Part shown: positions 1-11,815 of the stretch, in pieces
Numbering within the stretch: position 1 is the stretch's first letter
Layout of the letters: each line of letters starts with the position of its first letter
Assembly (NCBI GenBank): GCA_046563655.1
Contig: CM102290.1
Span: 6,696,001 to 6,760,000 of the forward strand
DNA length: 64,000 nucleotides
Reading direction: 5' to 3'
Source of the DNA: Yuukianura sp. NJ FZ-2021
Taxonomy: Eukaryota
The notes under the pieces: model-generated
Database searches by the model: none
Told to the model about the DNA's origin: nothing
The model's input: only the letters and a program-made list of their open reading frames with translations
Translations under genes and position numbers: made by a program

Positions 1-209
1 CCTAAGAGGAAGTCCTATTACTGGATCATACATCACTTCACTTCAGATGCAAGTTGTTGCAATTTTAAGAAGATATCACTCCTCACTTTTGTGTAAGACA
101 AAATTCAAAAACATCAGAATTTCAAAAAAATAATGATTTATTTATGACTTCTGACTGATGATTTCTTGGGCTGAGTTACTCTCACAATGTCCTTGGATGT
201 GAATCGGAT

Positions 210-590
210 GTGTTTTCTACATTTCGGAGTTTACTGGTGAACGAACTAGTGCCGGCAGTGCTCCAGCTGAGCACAAACCTCACTCCGTCGAAACGGCTCA
301 TCTTGCTGCTCATTCAGTGCATCGAGTACTTTGCCATGACCGTGGATCCACAACTGGCTGGACGAAGTGGGGATTTCTTAGAGCTAACAGCCAAGAGGTA
401 CTTACTTGTTACTTGCCTACCTTACTTTTTTGATTAGTGATTGACATTTCAACAACGTTGTACTCTTGTACTTGTTATTAGGTGGGACAAGCTGTTTGGA
501 ATCGTGGATCAGATTGAATTTGTTGACGCGAATAATTCTGCGGAAGTTGTGATACGTTTGAGTCAACTTGGTACAAACTTAACTTTCTGA
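210..590 (+). CDS. Putative small spliced orphan protein (~100 aa, start uncertain), possibly Helentron cargo
   Basis: ORF 210-397 (…DFLELTAKR) joins in frame across a GT-AG intron (398-481) to 482-590 (WDKLFGIVDQIEFVDANNSAEVVIRLSQLGTNLTF*). No domain recognised. Confidence 0.4.
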
Positions 591-657
591 AGGTAACGTC
601 TTCCCAATCCTGTGAGTTTTAGCGTCTTTGTCAAGCATTTTCGATTAACTAGCCATC

Positions 658-1918
658 ATGGCGCCGAAGAAAAAGGCAACTTCCAAAGCCAAAGCTGAGC
701 CTGCCCTGAAGGTTGCAAGACTTGACGAATCAGAACGTAATTCGTAGAATTATTTATTTTTTAACACAATTAATATATATTTTCTGATATATATCATATT
801 TATTCAATAGCAAACGAAAATAGTGACGTAATGAGTAATCATGCGCAAAGTACTGCTGATGTGAGTGACTGCATCGAATCCAGTGAACAAACGGCAGCGG
901 GTACCCTCAGAACGGCAGCGGGTACCCTCAGGTATTGGAAACATAGGATTAAAATATTTTATAGAACTATAACCAATAGTTTGTGTTTGTTTAGCCGATC
1001 AACTTGTGACAATGGAGAGTGAACCCACGCCAGGTCCAAGCGGTACACAAGTATTGATGTCGCCGTTTCAGCAATGGAAGAACCAGATTGGAAAAAATCA
1101 AATGAAATCAAGTGAGGACTATTCGGAATTTCCTGTGATCGATGTGAAACAGCTGAACCCTAACATCCCGGTTACATCTCGAGTAATCGAAGTCGTCGTG
1201 CTGAAAGTTGCACGACCAATGGCAGACGGAAACGGAGGCCAACTGCAGCATTTTGTTTTTGGTGACGAGTCCGGGGAGATCCAGTTCACGTTATTCGGAG
1301 GAATGAAACCACAATGGGAGTCCCTGCTTCAGGTATGCATAACGTATTATTTCTTGAACCATAATTTTAAAATATATTAGAAGTTATCAAATAAACTGTT
1401 TCAGGTCAACTCTTTTGTTCGAGTAGAAGGCTTTCTTCTTCGGCCAAAGGATAATCGAAACAAATGGACGAATGCATCATTTGATGCAAGCAGTACTGAC
1501 GCCACCTCTATTACCGAGCCCAAAGGGGAGAGGCATGAAGTAAAACTAACTCCGATCGACTCAGAAGATCTCAAGTTGATGTCGGATGGTCGGATTCGTG
1601 GACACGGCTGGACTCGTAATTGATGTCGGTGAGATTCGTGAGTTTCCTACATGCAAGCTTCGACAAATCACTCTGGTGGACAAGACGGGAAAATTCAATG
1701 CCAAGTTGTGGAACCACTTGGTGGAAATGGAGGAAATCATCCCCTTTGAGGTGATTCTGTTCAAACTGGTGAAGATCTCAAGTTACAACGGCGTCAACTC
1801 AATTGAATGTAACCCCGGGGATTTGATCTTAGTGGGAAAAGATCATAGCATGGCCAAGCATTTGTTAGAGTGGTTCGAAGCCGCGGAGGCAGATACGCTG
1901 AATCGACTATTTCAATAG
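658..1918 (+). pseudogene. RPA1/RPA70-like ssDNA-binding protein with two OB folds; 4 exons, frameshifted
   Basis: ATG 658 (MAPKKKA, NLS-like). Introns 737-810, 932-994 and 1333-1404. OB-fold motifs FVFGDESGEIQFTLF and FVDTAGLVIDVG…RQITLVDKTG…AKLW…VKISSYNG. Frame breaks near the exon 2/3 junction and near 1590. Confidence 0.75.
890..931 (+). repeat. Perfect 21-bp tandem duplication in exon 2 of the RPA-like gene
   Basis: AACGGCAGCGGGTACCCTCAG at 890-910 and 911-931. Confidence 0.95.
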
Positions 1919-2027
1919 TGAAAATATGAATCAATTCTCATACAAAGTGATCAATTTACAAGAACGAAACTAATTAAAAAAAATAAATAAGACAAAAGTG
2001 TTTATGATTATTGACTTTTTAAAGAGG

Positions 2028-2304
2028 AAAACTTGTTAAGGCTTGAAAAAAAATTCCCAACTTGAATGCTAGAGTTAAACTTGAATTTTTCCACAAACTA
2101 CCAACTGTATAGTATCGAAAAAGCATAATTACTTAAAAATTCTTCGTAGAGGTTACACAGTAAAACTTGTTGAAGTATGAAAAAAAAATTCCTTACATGA
2201 AGGTTAGAGTTAAACATAAATTTTTCCACAACCTACTGACTATATTGATTCGAACAATGTTCACTCCTTGAAAATTCTTCGTAGCGTTTATCCAAGAAAA
2301 CTTG
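2028..2304. repeat. Diverged ~134-bp tandem repeat (2 copies plus start of a third) between the convergent genes
   Basis: AAAACTTG recurs at 2028, 2162 and 2297. Shared blocks TAGAGTTAAAC, TTTTTCCACAA and AAAATTCTTCGTAG. Confidence 0.8.
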
Positions 2305-2571
2305 AAGTTGGAATATAGAATCGAGAAATCATCATTACTTTCGTAAATTTACTTTATGAAAACTGATTGAAACTAAACCAAAACATTTTTATTGCAGGTA
2401 AAAGTTTTTTCAGTTCTGTTGTGTTAAATAAAAAATATTTTAAAATTTTCTTTTTATTGCAGGAGAATTGTTACAGAACTTAGTATCTAAATTGCATAAT
2501 TTGGATAATGATTATATGATTAGTATCACTGCGATGAAGTTGAATTAATACATATGGAAGTATCGATGCAC

Positions 2572-3415
2572 TCATGATGAAAACCGACGCGAAATTGGCT
2601 CGTGAATGGAAGTGGCGGAGATGTACAATCCAGTAGAGTCCAAAGGAAACGAAGAAAGTATTGCTTCGATTGTCGTCCCGAACTTCGTGGTAGGCATAGT
2701 CGGGGATTGAAGGGTCAATCCCAGAGTAGTCAATGACATCATCTCCGGAGATTCCCGTAAGGTAATGTTCACGGTCAAATCACCAGCCACAATTGTGCGT
2801 GTTCCTCCAAGCTCCCTCATAACGTCCGCAAGCGCAGAAGCCACCAAACTGAAATTGAAACGTGGTGACCGGTACAAGGCGATCACATTTGTGCCAGAAA
2901 TATTAACGCAGGCGAGGCTGCATGTTCCGGTTCCATGTTCAACGAATCTTGACGTGGCATGTCGAACCTGATCTGTCAAATGTTGCCTGATGTAAATCCT
3001 GGCCCCAAGTGGTCGCCTTTCTGTGGCACAATCCACGCTACAAATTTTGACATGATCTCCAATTGTAAAATTGTCTTCCGGTAGAGTCCATGTCTCCACA
3101 AATAACAGAATATCGCTCATTTTGCAACTGGCGTCAGACGAATAAATACCAGAGTGTTTTGGCAAAGACTGGACATTGTGGTATAGAAATTGAATTAATC
3201 CGTCTTCCCGCTTATGGAGCGATCGAAACACCGGCAGCAGTTTCATGGTTTCATGTCGCGCCATTTCCAATGCTAGTGGGTTTGTAGAAGAAATTGGTTT
3301 AGGTGCCCGGAAGTCTCCGACGATGTACAGGCCACTGGCTTTGGTTGGTCTGGAACATCCAACGTAGATTAAGGCACGGGAAATAGAGCGGGCACGGTCT
3401 ATGTGGAGAACAGCT
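2572..3415 (-). pseudogene. Helentron RepHel last exon: PIF1 motif VI plus C-terminal AP-like (EEP) endonuclease
   Basis: After intron 3416-3477 the frame reads AVLHIDR…LIYVGCSR…GLYIVG, then LYHNVQSL, DILLFVETW, IALYRSP, IVAGDLT, PTTKFGTTIE and SIHEPI. Confidence 0.85.
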
Positions 3416-3477
3416 CTGCGGAATATATATTATCGTTAAAACTTTAGTAGCTGCTTTAATTTACTTATTATAATTAC

Positions 3478-4425
3478 GCGGAACACGTTATTCCTTGGCT
3501 TTTATGAATAGTAATGGCTTCAGCTGGTACAAGAGGAAACTGCTTCCGTGTGATTTTTATGCTGGCATTCTTCTGGTGAATTTCCTGCGTGAGGAGCTCC
3601 GCCGGCGTCCAAGTTAACTCAATGCCCAAATTGTCTGCAATTGATTCGTACCGACAACGTAATTGTTGACGGCTGCGTGCGTCTTCAAATTCTAGCCATA
3701 ATCGCAGTGGAATGCGGTCGTTTGGATCTTGTAAAGCGACGCCAAGGTCAATTCTTTTAAGAATGCCTGTCACACCGTTCACCAACCCATCAGAACAGTC
3801 AACGTTTGCTCTCATCATGTATCTTGCGTTTATTTTCAATTGTAGCTCCAGTGGAAGTCCCATTGTTTCATTTAGAGGTTTCGCTTTAAATCTTTGGAGT
3901 AGACGAACTTTGGACGATCCAGGGAATGTCTCCACGGACTGCGTCAGCTGCACAGCTAATGATAAGTTCCTCTGGCATCTGTTGTAGGTACATTTCATTG
4001 AAGGCGTTAACTGCAGCGTTAGTCTGGAAAAAATGAATCGGTCTAAGCTCAGCCACTTCCGAGGGCAGAGTGTCAAAGCAACGGGTCCGCATTAACGACA
4101 TGTCTTCTTCAGTCATTATTCCCCTTGCCATGTTGTTGAGTGCCACAGCGAAGGCGACGTCTTCACTTTGACGCATGATTGTCGTTAATTCATGAACAAG
4201 AAAATGATGCCAGAGCGGACGACAGAATAATAAAGAGATCGAGTTGCTCATTGTTCCGTGAGTTAATGGGACAGCTAGAACGGGTGGTAGCTGATAAAAG
4301 TCACCAACGGCAATGAATGAGATTCCCCCGAAAGGTTCGGTTTGCTTGAACAAATCTCTCAAGCGCTTGTCCACCTGCTCCAGAAGATGCTCACCCACCA
4401 TACTGATCTCATCGAAAATCACGAT
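3478..4425 (-). pseudogene. Helentron RepHel exon: PIF1 (SF1B) helicase core with a 1-bp frameshift near 3922
   Basis: IVIFDEISM, FGGISFIAVGDFYQLPPV and IMRQ in one frame. NVDCSDGLVNG and RKQFPLVPAEAITIHKSQG in the next frame. Intron 4426-4488 lies upstream. Confidence 0.9.
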
Positions 4426-4488
4426 CTGAAAATGATAAGTACAATTACTATACGTTAATAATACAAATTATATAAAACAAACCGAGAC

Positions 4489-7314
4489 CTTTAGTTGTGA
4501 ATAAGTCGTAGCCATCGTGTTAGAAACGTCTGCAGAAAGGGATCCAGCTTCACGTTGGTTTACTGGTAACTGAAATGCAGTGTGAAGCGTGGAGCCTCCT
4601 ATGTTAAATGCAGCTTTTCCAGTTGGAGCCACCAGAAGTACGGAGATTTTGTCGGGATTACGGTTCACATCAGAGTTATAAATCCTCACCAATCCTTGAT
4701 GCAGCGTTTTGATCACATGAGACTTCCCGACACCTGCTCCTCCCTTTAAGTAGATGTGAAATGCCGAGTTTTCAATTCTCTTTACGTGATCAAACGTATG
4801 GTAAACCAAGTCTCGCTGTTCGTCGTTCAAAGAAGTTAGTAGCGACCAGTATTCATCATTGGTAGTCAACGCTGGAGTCTTGAAACTTTCTGCAAATGGC
4901 CGTCTTTCGTATGAACCGAAATCAACCGCGTTAGCTCCAGATGCATCTTCTAGTCGATACTCACGCAGCTCATCGACAGAAGGCTGGTTTTCATCCAAGT
5001 TATCCTCATTCTCTGGTGGCCTAGCGAGGACTTCCTCCATCGCAATGTCAAGAATACAATCATCAAAGAAATTAAATTCTTTTCTGTTTCTGGTGATCAA
5101 GTCAATATTTTCAGCAACTATTTTCTGACAGTCCATATCTTCCCCACACTCCTCCTCTTCGTTCCTCCATGACTTATACAGCATCAGGAGTTTTCTGAAA
5201 AAGTTATCTGGATCTTTGTCTTTGTTGTACCGCACGAACCGAATGACTTTTGCAAATTTCCTCTTTCGTACGTATCCAGAACCGTCTCTCAACTTGTAAA
5301 CTTCGGTTCCCGTTTCTTCTTTCGGAGATGCGTCGTCTTCTTCGTTTGGTTCGACTACCTGTTTTCTCATAGTTTTGGAATATTCATACCATGCAGAGAA
5401 TTGAGCAAGATTCAGTGATTCCAATGCAAGTGGTCGTTGAGCATAGTGATCAGTTGGACTAGTAAAGAAGATGTTCTGGTCATCGGGGTCCAACTGGGAT
5501 AGATCCGCCTGAGACTTCAACATTCTGGTACGATGGCTGGCAGGAGCAGTCTGAACAAAGACACACTTCTCCGAAGAGTAGCTCATTGGCATTTGTAGAA
5601 CATTGGAAGCGGCTTCTTGTGCGGATAATTCACTGTTCAAGTTATGAGCCGCTCCGATAGCTTGTAGACTGTCTTTCAGCGGCGCATTACCTTTCCTCAC
5701 TTCCTCCACCACGTTCCGCAACAGTTCGGAAAGCCCACGATTGGTTTTATTGATATAGTCCACGATGTAGCTGCAACATGCGTAAGGATCAAGGATAAAT
5801 TGAATGTCCATGTTCGATTTCTGTAGCCGCAATATCTTCTCATTGTAGGCGTTGATATAGATTTCACAAGGGCTTCTCTTGAGATACACATTGGGCTTCA
5901 TCAGTTTCGATTGAATTACTCTTAAATACAACGGAAGATCACAAGAAATCGCATCAAGAAAATCGTCAAACGACATTCCCCGGTCAAGCATCCGATTTTC
6001 TAAGAATTCTCGAATAGCTTTATGCTGTAGCTTGAGGTCTTTGAAGTCTGACGGATCTTCCAATGGCAAAAGAATACGAGTTTTGTCCATTGGGAAAAAA
6101 GGAATACCGAAGCGACATTTCACTCCCTTGTGCGTCCTTTTGTAGCAAGTATGTGTATGCCGATGAGTCTGGAGCGATAGTAGACCATTGATTGGATCTT
6201 CCGAAGGGTAGTTCGTACTGCAAGTTATCATACTGTCAATAAAAGCAATAACGTCGTCATGAGATTCATTCTCTGGATTGAAAATTGGAGCTTCCGACAG
6301 CCAAAACATGGCGTGCACATGGGGACTTCCGCGATGCTGGAACTCCACCCTTTCGTAGAAGTGGCGAATTTCGTGGCAACCGAAAGGACCATTTCGAGAG
6401 CGGTAAGTTGCCTTCAGCGCGGAGTAACGGTTGTCAAAATAACCTGCGCAAGCGATCGGATCGCGTTGAATGAGAAGCGCCTTTTCAGAATGCGGTAACT
6501 GCTCGGCTTCCTCTTCAGAGATTTCAACGCCATCCAGAATTTTCTTCAGTAAAACAATTAACTCGTTCCATTTCATCTCTGCCGCGCTGATTGTTACAAA
6601 CAAAGTAGCGATGCCAAAGGTACGAATCATTGCCCGAACTTTGTTACCCTCGTTCTTCCAGTGGGTTCCTGCGTTTCTAATTCCCGCCAGAACTTTATAA
6701 GCGTTATCGTCCCGGATGAGGCCATCGACGTAAGTCTGGTGCAAGACTTGTCCAGCGGTTGGAATTATAAGCTCACCATTGACTCGTCTTTTCCTCAAAT
6801 GAATCGAACGATTACTAGTAATTCTTGCAATTTCCAGAGTCTTTGCCATATACAAAAGAAAATCCACTGACTCTGCCGCTCTTCGGTCTTTGTTCCTAGC
6901 AAACGATTTAAACATTTCGGCTCTTGAGATTTTCTTCCCATCAAAAATGGGGTTCATCTTGTGTCCGGCGAACAACTGAGGAAAAGCTAGAAATACTGAG
7001 TCTTCATCTAGGAGAACAGAAACAGGGCGATTTCCCTCTGCAGGGGCCATCCGAAGCCCAGCGCTATCGGTCAGCAGAGTTTCATTTGTGGTGGATTCTT
7101 CAAATTCTCCTCCCGGATGTACTTCGCTCGAGAGAATAAGAGAGTTTTCGAGCCGACTCTCCAGGCTAGAGTCCACTGAAGTCAATTCTCGACGAGAATC
7201 CGCCAGCCAGGAATTGGAGACTTTCACACCATGTTGGGTGTACAACGGAGATTGGCATAGAACTTCAGCGGCTTGAAGAACTTTTTCTGGACGGATGTTC
7301 CCGGAAGTATAATT
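4489..7314 (-). pseudogene. Helentron RepHel main exon: HUH Rep (rolling-circle initiator) and helicase N-terminus
   Basis: Rep motifs LFVTISAAE, VEFQHRGSPHVHAMFW and YACCSYIVDYINK. HRHTHTCYK…CRFG. Walker A GGAGVGKS, APTGKAA, TLH. The frame is open up to the TSD at 7311-7314. Confidence 0.93.
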
Positions 7315-8859
7315 GTGCCGTTGAGACGAAGAAACGGCTATATCGTTTCTAAGGCGAATGATTTCGCTAAATGATGTTGTTTACGAGTAGAAACGGGGTT
7401 TTCAAAGTATCAAGGGGCAATTTTGTTTCAAATGCGTTGGTTCAAATTTTCGTCTTTCGTTTTCGAATCATGGATTTAAAAAAAGTGAAAGTGCTCACGG
7501 AGGCCGACATTAACCGGGCTAACTTCCAACGCAAACGGACGTTTAACCCATTGGAACACAAGGACGAATTAGCAAAACGAAATCGGGCTAACGGAAATCC
7601 TTATAGTTCCAGAAGCGGTATTTTCCACCCGGGAATTCTTCCGCCACAGAATGCTAAAATCTGTGGTCCATGCCAGAAGCAGGGTTGTCTTCTTCCACTG
7701 GCGACAAAACATGAACTTTGTAAACAGTATTGGATCTCATTGGACTCAAGTGATAAAAAATACGCATTTCTCGCAAGATGCATTGAGGTGACCACCCCAA
7801 AAGAAAGGAAAGTTACCGCAAAATCCGCCAAAAAAAGAACATGTGTATAACTATGGCGTGTTTCAAGATGGCATTAAACTTGCAATGCGTAAGATTGGTT
7901 TCATGCATCTCTTCCAGTTGAAAAAACAGGTAATTATTTAACAAACATTTTATAATCTCAACATTCCTGAATTTTAAAATTGGTTTAAAGATATTGCGCA
8001 CCGTTACAATGAAAATGATCTCTGGTGACCTATGCCTAAAGGATGGACGAGGTAGGCATGAAAATCGCCCTCAGAAAATAACCGCTGCTAAAAAAGACGG
8101 TGTGCTTGGTCATATCAAACTGTTTCCAACCTACCAAAGTCATTACTCTAGAGCAAATGGTGATCCCACTCGCCAGTATCTCGACCCAACGCTGAACGTG
8201 GGAATAATGTACAACTTATACATAGAAAAATGTCGAGCACAAGCCATTGCGTTGGAAGTTGAAGAACATTACTACAGAGGAATGCTAAAAACAATGTGGT
8301 TTGAAATTGGGATCGCCAAAGTTGGATACTTGCGATCTCTGTGACAAGTTAAATTCAACTTTGACATGGAGTGCACTGACCTTACCGAACGAGATTCAAA
8401 GCGATCATTGCGCAGAAGGTATAACAAAAATTTTAACATTAGTACCTTTTAAATTTAACATTTTTTAATTTATTTAGGGAGTATGGGAGCGCCATACAAT
8501 CACTCTTGTGGGTAGAGGGAGACTCCGAAATTTCAATGCAAACCGGCTCCGTGAAGCCTACAATAACACTTTGCCGTTAGCCCAAGCGAAACTAGACGAT
8601 ATTTCTAAGTTATTACAGTATTTAAGTCCCCAGCATGCTTCCTATTATCGCAATCTTTTATAGTGTCAAATCTCTCTTAAGTTAGTTCGAAATAAAGAAG
8701 TTCAAGTGTATTTACTTTGGATTTCTTCTTCGTTTTCCCAAAATCAGACAGACAGACAGACAGTATATTCCCATATCGTGTATTTTTGTTTTGTCTGAAA
8801 ATATTAAACAATAATTTTTCTTTGGCAACGATATAGCTGCTTCTTCGTCTCAACGGCAT
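7315..8859 (+). mobile_element. Sola1-like cut-and-paste DNA transposon, internally deleted (non-autonomous)
   Basis: 33-bp TIRs at 7315-7347 and 8827-8859 (30/33 identical), flanked by an AATT TSD at 7311-7314 and 8860-8863. A 4-bp AWWT TSD is typical of Sola1; superfamily assigned from this and the transposase motifs. Confidence 0.85.
7470..8660 (+). pseudogene. Fragmented Sola1-like transposase lacking an evident catalytic core
   Basis: Pieces MDLKK…KRNRANGNPYSSRSG…CGPC, then DGRGRH…HIKLFPTYQSHYSR…YLDPTLNVGIMYNLY, then PKLDTCDLCD in another frame, then the tail LPLAQAKLDDISKLLQYL…YYRNL. Frameshifts present and an intron near 7930-7990. Confidence 0.7.
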
Positions 8860-8863
8860 AATT

Positions 8864-9625
8864 CTCCTCAACATGCATCTGACGGGCCAGCCTAAGATGC
8901 AGGACTGAATCGTCTGAAGGGAGGCGAGGCAGACTTTGAACAATATTTGTCACGGAAACTGGAACATTCACATTCCGTCCCTTCGTCTTCAATTGACCTA
9001 CAAATATTGTTATTTGCAAAACGAATCAAATTCTGAGCTAATTTTTGAACAATCAAAATGTACCTTGTGGTCCTTGCACAGCCCAAATTGCCTGAAACAC
9101 GTGATAAGGTGAAATTAGACGGGCTTCCAACCGGGTCAACGACGAAACTTCAGTTGGTACAGAGGGGAACTGGAGACCATTGGTTAAAGCTAGCCGAGAG
9201 CTGCGGCCAGCTTTCACAGCAGCATGACATGTAATTCAAAAGTCTCCTTCAAGCTCAGTTGAGGTAAAAATGGTATTGAAAAAGCTGTCACTTGAATCTG
9301 TACAATCGGAGCGGTGAAGATGTTTCATTGACTTTTGAAACCAAAGTCCACCACAGCAAACACATGTGTGTGATGGACCCTCTCTGCATTTATCAGCGAA
9401 GCTTTTAACTATTGTCTGCCACGGTAGATCTCGGGCTTGAGTACAACAGTTGCGATGTGGAGTTTCGTTGCTGTTCAACTTGTCGGTATTCTTCATTTTC
9501 ACGAGCTAAGCGATGTGCTATAGTATTATTATCCTGTTCACCTTGACGCCTAGATTCATTCTTCCGAAATAACTGCAAACGACTCCTTGCTCTGGCACGT
9601 TGATCTCGACTAGAAATAATTATAC
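8864..9625 (-). pseudogene. Helentron RepHel N-terminal exons (charged repeats, CxxC zinc motif, DUF6570-like region)
   Basis: RRQGEQDNNT…RENEEYRQVEQQRNS, then a frameshift near 9450, then GPSHTCVCCGGLWF. Premature TGA at 9236-9238 in GDF*ITC. LTRLEARLISP, intron 8998-9063, then GRNVNVPVSV…LPR. Confidence 0.8.
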
Positions 9626-10096
9626 CTGAAATAATGAAGTGAAATGTAAATTAGCATACTCTGAACAGAACATGAGATTAAAAAACATTCTTACCCGAAG
9701 ATAATAGATAACCTTTTACCTAAAATTAAAATTATGCACTCAAAAATAGAACTGAATGTTGAGAATTAAACTATAAACTAAAAACACTTGAATGAGAGTC
9801 GAAGAATTGTCAAAGGTATCTTTAAGAGTAGACTGTATTCGAACAAAATTGAAGGTCGAGCTTAAGTAGTCAAATATTGCTTGTTTAAAATTAGTAATTC
9901 AAAATGATAAAAATTTCTTATACATGATTGATAGCAATAAGCAACTTACTCAACAACCTATGACTGCATTGTGGATCGCCATGACAATATAATAATAAAT
10001 TCAGTGTTAATCACGCTGCCTCAAAATGGTGTTTAAAAAACCGTTTGCATCAAATTGTTCAAACTAACCTATGAACAATTTTTACTCTCATCAAAA

Positions 10097-10172
10097 TTAT
10101 TTTGACGCACGGTTGTTCTCAAGTATGCACAAATTTTGCAATAACAACGTCCATTACTCAGCGTCAAAATAA
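10097..10172 (-). other. Putative Helentron 5' terminus: subterminal 12-bp inverted repeat
   Basis: TTATTTTGACGC (10097-10108) is the exact reverse complement of GCGTCAAAATAA (10161-10172) and lies upstream of RepHel. Confidence 0.55.
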
Positions 10173-10639
10173 CTGCATAATTTTACATTCGTGTGCAATA
10201 ATTTTGCATTCGCTTGTTAAAATCGAAATTATAAAAATTTCTGGTAAATGCAAATTTGACCCCTGTTATGCACTATTCACATCTTAAACAATTAAGTCGA
10301 ATTTTCTACCATCCGATCAGTCTTAACTTAACAACGTAATTAAACATACTTCCAGAAAGTGACCAGATCATAACTCCGTTGTTTATAAATATTTTGAGTG
10401 CAATCGAAACCAAAACAGTTTTGCGGAGGCAACATACTGCGGGTACGTAAAGTAGCCGCCAACTTCTACGTTGTTAATTTAACACTTTGAGTGCAATGTA
10501 GAGCTACTGAAAACACTTAAGCCATACATGACCCCCCGACTGCGATAGGGCTTATGTTTCAGTGAAATGGGTACTAAAAAACGTTACGGACAGAAAAGTC
10601 GTATCAATAGCCTTCTTCAGCACGTCGTAGACGTGCGTC

Positions 10640-11518
10640 TCCAGAAGACTAAAATGAGAAAAGAGTCCCACTTGTCCACAGGCTCCTTCAACACCTGAAG
10701 TGGCCTGATGGACTGATTAAACACGTCAAGCATCTTTCTCAATGCTTGTGCGGACTCATTAGCAATTGGTTTGAAATTCACAACGTTTTTTAAAAATGAA
10801 AATATAGCGGGTTTTCATACCGCTCCTTGAGGCTGTCCCATGCCTCCTCAAAAGTCCCATTCATCAAGTAGAAGTACTTGAGTGCTTCCTCAGCCTCACC
10901 CTTCAGCGTAGGCTGGAGATACCCCAATTTCTGAATTCCGGTCAAGTCAGGGTTATTGACAATGTAAGTCAAAATCAGATCTTTGTACGAAAGCCAGTCT
11001 TCGTATTTGCCGCTGAACGTGGGTAGTTCCAACTTCGGCATATTCATTTTCATTTTTCCAGATGCTGAGCCTCCACTGACCTGGGACTCAAAAGAAATCA
11101 ATTTCAGATTAATTGCATCTAAAAACTTATCACACACATTTAATTCCGCAGCCTGCGCGCGTATTTGCGTTTCGTCGTCGCAGTTCATGTACACATCGCT
11201 GCGTAATTCACTTAGCCTTGTTTCGAAACCCTCAAGTTTCTTCCTTTCCATAGCCATCCTGGGCTTGGATACAAATGTGGGAGTAGTGCTGTACTCCTCC
11301 ACTTTTTGCTGAAAATACTGGAAGTCAAAGTTGAAACCTCTTATGGCTTTTACCATCCTCTGCATGTTTTCAGACTCCACGCTTGGTAATGAGACGCTCA
11401 GCGTAGACTTGGAGCCAGTCGCTCGGACTTGACCTTGACCTTTCGCTGCAGCCGCCTTACTTTCTTGTTCTTGGTCAGACATGGCCAAGGACGATTCTTT
11501 GGCTTCCCTCCTGGTCAA
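10640..11518 (-). pseudogene. BEL/Pao gag (DUF1759-like), disrupted near 10790 and truncated
   Basis: MPKLELPTFSGKYEDW…QKLGYLQPTLKGEA…AWDSLKERYEN. Past the ORF end the gag-like sequence resumes as ESAQALRKMLD…LKEPVDKWDSFL. Confidence 0.85.
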
Positions 11519-11805
11519 CAGTTTGTCGACTTTGATTAATTTTACTCAAAAAGAGCCACACACGATAAGTTAGACAATGACTGTTGCCAGTAAACACAAT
11601 GACATGACCCAAGATTCAAGAATACACAAAGTACACAATGAACACTCTTCAATTTTACACAATGATCAACATACTTGTTGAATTGACACCTTTTAACTCA
11701 CCCTGTTAGCTGCTACGTTACTTAACGATTACCAAAATACCGCATGCTTCATCCTTTGATGATCAGTTGGTTGTCGTTCGTTGTCTTGTCGACGAAAACC
11801 AGTCG

Positions 11806-11815
11806 TTCGGCACCA
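11806..11815 (-). promoter_or_regulatory. Primer-binding site (tRNA-Phe-like)
   Basis: The minus strand reads …TTTCA|TGGTGCCGAA, 10 nt complementary to the tRNA-Phe 3' end (UUCGGCACCA). Confidence 0.6.

Larger units (their letters stand above)
1..10172 (-). mobile_element. Helentron (Helitron2, endonuclease-encoding rolling-circle transposon), decayed; 3' end probably lies before the window start
   Basis: Minus-strand Rep-PIF1-APE coding region with the Helentron-type RGSPH Rep motif. Putative 5' terminus TTATTTTGACGC at 10172-10161 has an internal inverted copy at 10097-10108. Including the RPA-like gene in the element is inference. Confidence 0.8.

Noticed and set aside
658..1918. Host RPA1 gene
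   Set aside because: Only two divergent OB folds, no C-terminal zinc-containing OB domain, frameshifted and next to RepHel, so no gene symbol was assigned.
2765..7276. Short + strand and alternative-frame ORFs overlapping RepHel
   Set aside because: Shadow ORFs of the transposase gene with no motifs.
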